From contig NZ_CANLOB010000014.1 of assembly GCF_947492815.1 (NCBI RefSeq), forward strand, positions 325 to 64,324: a stretch of DNA of 64,000 nt, read 5' to 3'. Source of the DNA: an uncultured Dokdonia sp. (GTDB lineage: Bacteria; Bacteroidota; Bacteroidia; Flavobacteriales; Flavobacteriaceae). The notes under the pieces are model-generated. The model was given only the letters and a program-made list of their open reading frames with translations, was not told the origin of the DNA and searched no databases. A program made the position numbers and the translations under genes. Position 1 is the stretch's first letter, and each line of letters begins with the position of its first letter. Shown in pieces: positions 10,279-19,000 of this stretch.

Positions 10279-11304
10279 ATGAATAAACGAAAAGCAACGA
10301 CACTTAAAGAAATTGCAAAAAAGTTAGACATCTCTATTTCTACGGCATCAAGAGCATTAAATAACCACCCGGATATTAGTGATGCTACCAAAGAAAAGGT
10401 ACAGCAACTTGCAGAAAAACTACACTATTCTCCTAACTTATTTGCGCAGGGTTTTAGAACACAACGAAGTCATATCTTAGGGGTAATTGTTCCTAATATT
10501 GCGCACTATTTTACCTCTACGATTCTAAAAGGCATTCTTAAAGAAGCAGAAACAAAAGGTTATAAAGTCATTGTCTCAGAGTCTAACAACAATGAAAACA
10601 AACAATCAGAAATGCTACGCACTATGAGTCAGTTTGGAGTAGATGGTATCTTATTAGCTTTATCACGTAAAACAACATCTGTAGATAGTATTCTGAACAC
10701 TTTAGATACAGTTCCGTTGGTGCTTTTTGATAAGGTCTCTCATAAAATTCCATGTACACAAGTAGTAGTAGATGAAGAAATAGCTGCTTTTAATGCGATA
10801 GAACATCTCATTAATACTGGTAAAAAACGTATTGCTATTATAAAAGAAACAGAAAACTCATTCAATTCAGAAAAAAGATTTGCTGGATACTTAAGAGCTC
10901 TCAAAGAACATAATATTGAAGTTGATAAAAAAATAATCTTAAGCACAGAAGATGTTTCATTATACAAAGGGCGTATGATGACCAATATATTATTAAGTCT
11001 TAAAGAAAGACCTGATGCAATTTTTGCGATTACAGATACGGCTGCTATTGGAGCTATTAAAGCCTTGCATAAATACAACATAAAAATACCTGAAGAGATT
11101 GCTGTTGTAGGGTTTAGTAATTCTATACATGCTACCATCATACAACCATCACTTACGACTGTAGATCAACCTGGTGAAAAAATCGGAAAAACAGCTGTCA
11201 TGTATTTAATCAAAGAGATTGAAAGCAACAAAAATGAAATAACCACAAAAACAGTTACCGTAAAAACACATCTTATCGTTAGAGATTCTTCTTTTAAAGT
11301 ATAG
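10279..11304 (+). CDS. LacI-family transcriptional regulator
   Basis: TLKEIAKKLDISISTASRALN HTH, hinge YSPNLFAQG, periplasmic-binding-protein-like C-terminus. Confidence 0.95.
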   Translation: MNKRKATTLKEIAKKLDISISTASRALNNHPDISDATKEKVQQLAEKLHYSPNLFAQGFRTQRSHILGVIVPNIAHYFTSTILKGILKEAETKGYKVIVSESNNNENKQSEMLRTMSQFGVDGILLALSRKTTSVDSILNTLDTVPLVLFDKVSHKIPCTQVVVDEEIAAFNAIEHLINTGKKRIAIIKETENSFNSEKRFAGYLRALKEHNIEVDKKIILSTEDVSLYKGRMMTNILLSLKERPDAIFAITDTAAIGAIKALHKYNIKIPEEIAVVGFSNSIHATIIQPSLTTVDQPGEKIGKTAVMYLIKEIESNKNEITTKTVTVKTHLIVRDSSFKV

Positions 11305-11370
11305 AGATGATTACTGTTTTCAATTTCCTAAAAAATCGATATAAGTAGGTAAAAAAAGTACGACAACAGC

Positions 11371-11378
11371 TACCTTTG
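11371..11378 (+). promoter_or_regulatory. Bacteroidota -7 promoter element
   Basis: TACCTTTG matches TAnnTTTG, 7 bp before the ATG. Confidence 0.5.
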
Positions 11379-11385
11379 TACCTAT

Positions 11386-12345
11386 ATGCTTCGTATCACT
11401 AATGTTTCTTATGCCATTTCAGATCGATTCTCTTTACAGAATCTAAATCTTCAGATAGAAGAAGGAACTCATGTATCTATTATTGGGGAAAGTGGCTGCG
11501 GAAAGACGACTTTACTTAAATTAATTTATGGTCTTTATGATACCGATACTGGCACTATTTTTTGGAAGGATACTCAGATTACAGGCCCTAAAGACAACCT
11601 AGTACCGGGAATGCCTTTTATCAAGTATTTATCACAGGATTTTGATTTAATGCCTTTCATTTCGGTGGAAGAAAACATACAAAAATTCCTTTCCCGTTTA
11701 TATCCCGAAGAAAGTGCACAACGCACACAGGAGTTATTGGAGGTGGTGGAGATGTCCGCTTTCGCGAAAGCGCATGTAAAAACACTTTCAGGAGGACAGA
11801 AACAACGCGTAGCACTCGCACAAGCACTCGCAAAGGAGCCAAAAATCCTATTATTAGACGAACCTTTTTCTCATATTGATAATTTTAGAAAAAATAGGTT
11901 GAGAAGAAAACTCTTTTCATATCTCAAAAAACGACACATTACCTGTATTGTTGCCACGCATGATAGCACAGATATTTTATCTTACATGGATCAAACAATT
12001 GTTATTAGAGAAGGAGAAGTTATTGCAAATGCGACTACAAAAGAGTTATATAAAAATCCTAAAACACATTATATCGCTTCGCTTTTTGGGGAAGTAAATG
12101 AACTTCCCACTCATTGGTTTGATCCATCAGCAACAGATCTTTCTAAGACATCTCTTATATACCCTCATCAACTTATGGAAGCTAATTCTGGACTAGAGGT
12201 TATTGTCCAACAATGTTATTTTAAAGGAGGATACTACTTAATAGAGAGTATACATAAAGACACCACGATCTTTTTTGAATCTTCAAAACCACATACCACA
12301 AATGATATGATACAACTTACCTTAAAGACTATCTTTATGAACTAA
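11386..12345 (+). CDS. ABC transporter ATP-binding protein (FbpC/PotA-like), orphan
   Basis: Walker A GESGCGKTT, LSGGQ signature, LLLDEP Walker B; no permease adjacent. Confidence 0.85.
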   Translation: MLRITNVSYAISDRFSLQNLNLQIEEGTHVSIIGESGCGKTTLLKLIYGLYDTDTGTIFWKDTQITGPKDNLVPGMPFIKYLSQDFDLMPFISVEENIQKFLSRLYPEESAQRTQELLEVVEMSAFAKAHVKTLSGGQKQRVALAQALAKEPKILLLDEPFSHIDNFRKNRLRRKLFSYLKKRHITCIVATHDSTDILSYMDQTIVIREGEVIANATTKELYKNPKTHYIASLFGEVNELPTHWFDPSATDLSKTSLIYPHQLMEANSGLEVIVQQCYFKGGYYLIESIHKDTTIFFESSKPHTTNDMIQLTLKTIFMN

Positions 12346-12996
12346 GAGTATTTGGTAAGCGTCTATTAATACTTCCCAACCTTTCTGTTCCATATAAGGA
12401 ACTACTGTTTTTCCTTTTCCGCCGCCAGGTAAGCCACAATCATCTATGAGTACAATCGTGTCTTTATGCAATTGTTGTTCAATTGCCATAAATTCCTTTA
12501 AATGATGTTCTTGGCTTTTCTCTTGGATAACTGTATCTACCTTACAATAATCATAACTATCTAAGTATAGAAAATCTACCGTATCTTCAAATGCGTCTAA
12601 GAAATTTAAAGAATCATCTAATACCACAGTGACTGTATCTTGAAGTTCTTGATGTGTTACTTCTACTTTACACTCTTTGACAGCATCTCCATTAATATCT
12701 ACAGAGAATAATTTTGCATCATTTTCTTTTGCCCACTTCCCAAACACAAAAGTTCCTGCTCCATCTCCTTTTGTATTGGTCAATCCTTTTCTAGAGGTTC
12801 CTGTCTCTATGATTGTTTTGATGTTTCGTTCTGATAATAAAGAGAGTGTTTTATCAAAGGTAACCCTCCTTCTTCTAAAATTATACTTAAATGGCATAAA
12901 TGGATATAAGGATTTATGCTTTATAAATTTTAAGACATAATGAGTCAAGAAACCTAAGAATACAGCAATTCCAAGGTACATCAGAAAATAATTCAT
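12322..12996 (-). CDS. Class I SAM-dependent methyltransferase-like protein with N-terminal TM helix
   Basis: IIETGTS, SVDI, DFLYLDS, IVLIDD Rossmann-like pattern. Confidence 0.6.
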   Translation of the reverse strand: MNYFLMYLGIAVFLGFLTHYVLKFIKHKSLYPFMPFKYNFRRRRVTFDKTLSLLSERNIKTIIETGTSRKGLTNTKGDGAGTFVFGKWAKENDAKLFSVDINGDAVKECKVEVTHQELQDTVTVVLDDSLNFLDAFEDTVDFLYLDSYDYCKVDTVIQEKSQEHHLKEFMAIEQQLHKDTIVLIDDCGLPGGGKGKTVVPYMEQKGWEVLIDAYQILLVHKDSL

Positions 12997-13127
12997 TTAT
13001 AATCAGGGAGGTTAGTTAGGTTGCGAATGTACTCTAATATATATTGGCCACATAATTTACAGCCTATTCATTTTAAAAAAGGGTGCTAGACTACAGATCT
13101 CACTAAAAAATGGAATTAGCAAAAAAC

Positions 13128-13158
13128 ACTTCCCTCACTCAAAAGGATACTTCCCTCA
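13128..13158 (+). promoter_or_regulatory. 10-bp direct repeat ACTTCCCTCA x2 with 21-bp period, candidate regulator site
   Basis: Identical copies at 13128-13137 and 13149-13158; weaker third TCCCT at 13174; 63 bp before the barrel gene. Confidence 0.45.
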
Positions 13159-13221
13159 TTACTTGTTTTTATCTCCCTAGGGTAAAATTACTTTTGGTCA
13201 CAACTAATAACCATTTAACCC

Positions 13222-16035
13222 ATGAGAAAAATCTTAGTTTTTATATGTGTGATATGCTGTACTACTTTATTTTCTCAGACAGGAACTGTATCTGGTATAC
13301 TAGAAGAAGAAAATGGTCCACTTCCCGGTGTTACTATTCTTGTAAAAGGAACTCAAAACGGTACAGTGACCAATTTTGATGGCATCTACTCCATAGAATG
13401 TAGTGTAGGAGATATTCTTGTAATCAGTTATATAGGTTATAAAACTAGAGAAATCTTAGTCACTGAAAATATGTTCAGTGACGTATATGAAGAAGCCATA
13501 CTTCTTGTAAAATCTAAGCCTGTTCGTCTTATGCGACATGAAGATTATAAAGAGAATGTACGCTCCTTACCCAAGAAACTCATATTCAACCCAAAAGACC
13601 AAGACCCCATAAAGAAAAAACACTATGGATATGGCAAAGACCTTTATCGCATTGCTCAATTTAAAACTACTGATAAAGAGGTAAAAATATACCAGCAAAG
13701 ACCTCGGTTTTACAGCTATGAAATTGAATATATAGGAGGATCAGCACAACGATTTATTCAAGATAAGAATCTACCAAAGCTTCAACGTATTTTTGCACAA
13801 GGATCTAATGGTATTGACTGGGAAGGTCCAGAGACTGGCACTGTATTTTCATTTGGACCGCGCTTGTCTGAATTAGGTTTTGACAATAGCATTTATGATT
13901 ATGACACGAATGGTCGTCTCATCCCTTTAGGAGACGCAAACAATAACGCTATTCCTTACACAAACACCTTATTCCAGAATAGTCATAGAGATGAGCATTT
14001 TATCAGATTCTCTATAGATAACGAAAACTTCCGCTCTCTTAGTGGAAACTTTAAATATGCGACTATTAAAGACGTATTTGGAAGAGAGAATACTCAAAAT
14101 ATTCTTGCAGGAGCAAATTACTCAAGAAATGGTCAGCAATGGAATTTAGATTCTAGTATAAAATTCGGATCAACTGTTGATAATCAACCCAACATAAATG
14201 GTTTTCAGAACCTCTTACTATTCCAAAATTACATCACTCCATCTAGTTTTGATACCACACAAGGAATTGCATTAGCAGATGGAACACAACGCAGTTTTGC
14301 CCCAAACATATACAACAATCCACTTTGGTTATTAGATACGCACAGAAACAAATCCAGTACTTCAAGTTTATCTACAGCTGTTGCTATCAAAAGACCATTT
14401 ACAGGCGATTTACAACTTACATTAGGAGGTTCATTTACATACAATAACCACAAACAGCGTTTTGGTCTCCCTAATGCTACTGCTGGTTTTCTTGACGGAT
14501 ATGCTTCTCAAAAAACGATACACAACACAAAAGTAGAAGGCTTTGCAAAGTTTACTACAAATTTTATAATCTCAGAGATAGACATTATGAGTTTATCACG
14601 TTTTTCTATATCAAATGAGCAACTAGATTATGATTTTAATGAAGTTGTAGGGTTAAATACGCTTTCGCGAAAGCGTACTCCGCAACGCACTAATTATGAA
14701 CTTTTAAACAGTATTACTTTTGGCATTCCTATTTTTGATTATCAAGATCTTGATCTCACTTTAGGGAATACGAGTTATATCTCTACACTTCAAGAAGATG
14801 CATTATGGCAACCAAGCGTGAAGCTATTTGCCAATTTAAAACACGTATTAGATGAACTTTATATTCTTAATTTCATAAACTATTGGGGAGTCTCCACAGG
14901 ATATTCATTCTCTAATGCAAATAGCCCTTTACTCTATGGGAATACAAGTCATAACAGTTTAAACTTCTTACCTGAAAACACACTTACATACACTGCAAAT
15001 AATGATTTATTTACGGAAGGCTCTTTACAACTAGAAGATATTACTCGATTTGAAATAGGGAATGATTTCCGTTTTTTTAGAAATCATTTTTCACTGGACA
15101 CTAACTTTTTTGCAGAAACGCGAAGCAATGTTGTATTTCCTGTACTAGATGCTAATTATACACTTGCTAATGTAGCTACCGTAGAAAATAAAGGCATAGA
15201 AATTCATTTAGGTATTGATCACATACGTAAAGAAAAATTGCATTGGCACACTGGAATTACTTTTTCAAAAAACAGAACCAATGTCACAAAAATAAACTCA
15301 AATACTACCCGAGTGCCTATTAGTGGTTTTTCTAACATTCGACAGAACCTTATTGTGGGACAGCCTGCAGGGATTATTGTTGGGACTGCTTTTGAAAGAA
15401 ATACTAACAATCAAGTTGTTATTGACGATGCTGGATATCCAATAGTACAAACTGACTTACAAATAATTGGAGATCCCACACCCGATTTTCAAGTTGGACT
15501 TAGCAACCATTTTAAAATAGGAAAGCAATTACAAATAGCTTTTACAATAGACTGGAGACAAGGTGGAGACATTTGGAATGGCACACAGCAAGTACTTAAT
15601 TACTTTGGGAGATCTCAAGAGTCTGCACAACTAAGAAATACAGAAGGGTTTGTTTTTGAAGGCGTAAATACTTCCGGAACTATCAACACAACACCAGTTA
15701 ATTTTCTAAACCCAAATCAAGATGTACTTTCAAATAGGTGGACACGCTATGGTTTTTCTGGAGTAGGAGAATCTGGAATTGTAGATGGCACTTATATCAA
15801 TCTAAATGACATAACGATTTCTTATGATTTTATAAAACCCAAAAAGGGTTATGAATACAAGACATTCAAATCTATAAGACTTATCCTATATGGACATAAT
15901 CTACTTACCTATTCCAAGTATGATGGTGCTTCTCCATACACTTCTCTATTTGATGGACTCAGCGCACAAGCTCTCAACTTCTTCAATACTCCTTTGGTCT
16001 CTGAAATAGGTTTTAAAGTCAATTTAAAAATATAA
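13222..16035 (+). CDS. SusC/RagA-type outer-membrane beta-barrel apparently lacking the plug domain
   Basis: Signal peptide; carboxypeptidase-regulatory-like N-domain (GPLPGVTILVKGTQNGTVTNFDG); barrel motifs LPKLQRIFAQG, SFGP, GDPTPD, DWRQGGDIWNGT and C-terminal FFNTP...GFKVNLKI; no VVTG, IRG, VDG or GVIxITTK plug motifs. Confidence 0.8.
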   Translation: MRKILVFICVICCTTLFSQTGTVSGILEEENGPLPGVTILVKGTQNGTVTNFDGIYSIECSVGDILVISYIGYKTREILVTENMFSDVYEEAILLVKSKPVRLMRHEDYKENVRSLPKKLIFNPKDQDPIKKKHYGYGKDLYRIAQFKTTDKEVKIYQQRPRFYSYEIEYIGGSAQRFIQDKNLPKLQRIFAQGSNGIDWEGPETGTVFSFGPRLSELGFDNSIYDYDTNGRLIPLGDANNNAIPYTNTLFQNSHRDEHFIRFSIDNENFRSLSGNFKYATIKDVFGRENTQNILAGANYSRNGQQWNLDSSIKFGSTVDNQPNINGFQNLLLFQNYITPSSFDTTQGIALADGTQRSFAPNIYNNPLWLLDTHRNKSSTSSLSTAVAIKRPFTGDLQLTLGGSFTYNNHKQRFGLPNATAGFLDGYASQKTIHNTKVEGFAKFTTNFIISEIDIMSLSRFSISNEQLDYDFNEVVGLNTLSRKRTPQRTNYELLNSITFGIPIFDYQDLDLTLGNTSYISTLQEDALWQPSVKLFANLKHVLDELYILNFINYWGVSTGYSFSNANSPLLYGNTSHNSLNFLPENTLTYTANNDLFTEGSLQLEDITRFEIGNDFRFFRNHFSLDTNFFAETRSNVVFPVLDANYTLANVATVENKGIEIHLGIDHIRKEKLHWHTGITFSKNRTNVTKINSNTTRVPISGFSNIRQNLIVGQPAGIIVGTAFERNTNNQVVIDDAGYPIVQTDLQIIGDPTPDFQVGLSNHFKIGKQLQIAFTIDWRQGGDIWNGTQQVLNYFGRSQESAQLRNTEGFVFEGVNTSGTINTTPVNFLNPNQDVLSNRWTRYGFSGVGESGIVDGTYINLNDITISYDFIKPKKGYEYKTFKSIRLILYGHNLLTYSKYDGASPYTSLFDGLSAQALNFFNTPLVSEIGFKVNLKI

Positions 16036-16039
16036 CTCC

Positions 16040-19000
16040 ATGAAAAATCTATATATACTCATCCTTTTATTCTTTTGTTCGATGACTGTTACAGGACAGT
16101 TTTTTGAACCTATAGATCGTATAGAGAAAACATATTTACATACAGATCGTCCATTTTATTTTCCTGGAGAAACCATTTGGTTTAAAGGGTATATTACTAA
16201 TGCACATCAAGACATTACGCTTTTAAGTCAGGGAATTATTGTAGAACTCGTTTCTCCCAAAGGAGTTGTACTTAAAAAATCAAACCTATCTATAGAAGAT
16301 GGATATACCTATGGTGAATTTCTAATTGATGCATCTTGGGTAGGTGGCACATATACCATTAAAGCGTATACACAATGGTCTAAAAACTTTGGAGAAGAAG
16401 CACTTTTTACTAAAAATATTACAGTTCAAAAAATTATTCAACCTCGTTTACAATTAAAATTTGATTTTGAAAAAGAGGCCTATGGTCCTGGAAGTGTCGT
16501 GCATGCAAAACTCATTATAAAAGATTTAGAAAACAACGCACTTAAAAGCATCCCGTGTACATACACCCTTGCAATAGATGGAAGAATTGTTTCTAAAGAA
16601 ATTACGTCCACAACCCAAGAAGGTCTTCTTAACCTCAAGACTTCACTTCCTGAAGATTTATCGACTACAGATGTTATTGTACAGGCACAAATCCCTTTTG
16701 AAGGAAATATAGAATCTATTGCACGTAGCGTTCCTATTACACTAGACGCTATCGATTTACAATTTATGCCAGAAAGTGGTTATGCCTTAGAAGGCTATAA
16801 AAACACCATTGCCTTTAAAGCTTTAAACCCATACGGAAAGCCTGCAGACATAAGTGGTATTATCAAAAACTCAAAAGGAGAAGAAATAACTTCTTTTGAA
16901 AGCTTTCACAATGGTATGGGAAGTTTTGAACTTACTCCAAAATCAAATGAAACCTATACTGCTTTCATCACAAAACCTTTTACATCTACGATTGCATATC
17001 CTATACAGAAGATTCAGAAAGAAGGAACTACACTTCACTTAGCATCTTTAGAGAATAACATCGCAACTTTTACGATACATAGCACCTCAATTCAAGAATT
17101 ACAACTTGTCGCTTCTGATGTATTACAACAATGTTATGAAACCACAGTAAAAGTAAATTCCGAGGAAACAATTATTAAAGTTCCTGTAGATTCCATTGCT
17201 AGAGGAATTACAAAATTCTCATTGATAGCCTCTAATGATCAAATTGTTTCAGAACGACTTGTTTTTGTTAACTACGACAAAGCGTTAGATATTACAGTTC
17301 GTGTAGATAAAGAACACTATAACTTAAGAGATTCCGTAGTCGTTACAGTAAAAACAGCTGTACAAGACAAACCTGTTGCCGCAAATTTATCAATAGCTGT
17401 TGCTGACAATGCATTGCTCAGTTTTGCAGATGACAGACAAGATACTATTGAATCTTACTTTTTAGTATCATCAGAATTACAAGGATCTATATACAAGCCT
17501 AATTTTTACTTTGATGCTAAAGAAAAGAAGGCGAAAAAGGCTTTAGAATATCTACTTCTCACACATGGATGGCGATCTTATTTACAAACGATGCCTCCTG
17601 AAATCACAAAAGCAACCTTTGCTCCAGAAATACCCGCATTACGTAGGGTGTTTATAACAGATTCATTAAACAATCCAGTAAAAGCCAAACTACTTCTTAC
17701 TAAAAGGTATAGTGACGACGTTTGGACGCTTGAAACAAATGAAGAAGGCGTGGCTCAATTTCAATTAAACACAAACAACCCATATGGTAACTATACACTT
17801 ATTGCGTATACAGATGACAAAACCCCTCTTTTTATTCATGACTCAGCACCGATAAGCCGCACGCAAGAATCATTTGCCTACAGCCAAAATAACAATCGAT
17901 ATTTGGACACTAAAACAAGACAAATACTTCGTAATAAAAACAAGAACAACATCAATAAAAAAACAGCTAAAAAGAAGTTTGCTGTAAACGCAAATGCATC
18001 TACATCATTACTAGCATCTGAGAATGCCCTAAGTGAAGTAGTCGTTACTGGTTATGGTATAAAAAGAGAAAAAAAATCAGTAGGTTATGCTGTAAGTGAG
18101 GTAAATTCTGATGAGATAGAATTTCAAAGCGAAAGTAATTTAGCACGTTTACTTTCTAGAAAAGTATCTGGTATTGACATCACCTCGCAAAGCGGAGCCT
18201 CTGGAAGTGCTACCAATGTTGTTATAAGAGGTTACAATAGTGTTTCTGGAAGCAATCAAGCACTATTCATAGTAGATGGTGTTCCTTTTGATTATTCATC
18301 TATCGCATCTTCTCAAGTTAATGGAGGTCGTTTTTTAGATCTTGACCCAGAAAATATAGCTTCTGTCAATGTTTTAAAAGGGCTAGCAGCAGCCACACTA
18401 TATGGAACTGCAGGTAGAAATGGAGTGATTGTCATTACTACAAAGAATAAAACTCATCGTTACAGTATAAAAAAGAGATGGCGTAAAGATTACCCTGATG
18501 TTACCTATGCGATTAAAAACTTAAATACGTATAGAAATAAGGTATATCATAATACAAGCAAACGTTTCTACATGCCTATATATAATAATGCCGTCATTCC
18601 TGAGCAACGTGATGACTTTAGAAATACCATTTATTGGAACCCCGTAGTTCAAACGAATAATGAAGGCAAAGCTACATTTAAATTTTACACATCAGATGCT
18701 GTAACTTCTTTTAAAATAACAACTGAAGGCGTTAGCCACACAAGCGCATTGGGACGTTCGGAGACAGATATTAGCACAATAAAATTACTGAATCTAGACG
18801 TAAAGATTCCTCCATATCTATCAACAAGAGATACGGTTCAAATTCCAATTACTATTAGAAACAAACAAGACAAAGCTATTCAAGCAAAAGTCAACATTGA
18901 GCTTCCATCATCTATAACATTATTAGATTTCCCTTCTGAAGATCACATCACTATTCCTGCCAAAGGGTTTAAAGTAATCTACGCTTCTATTATCCCTACA

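Noticed and set aside
13222-16035. Barrel gene as a frameshifted pseudogene
   Set aside because: Single uninterrupted 937-codon ORF with signal peptide and intact C-terminal strand; the linker is too short to hide a plug in another frame
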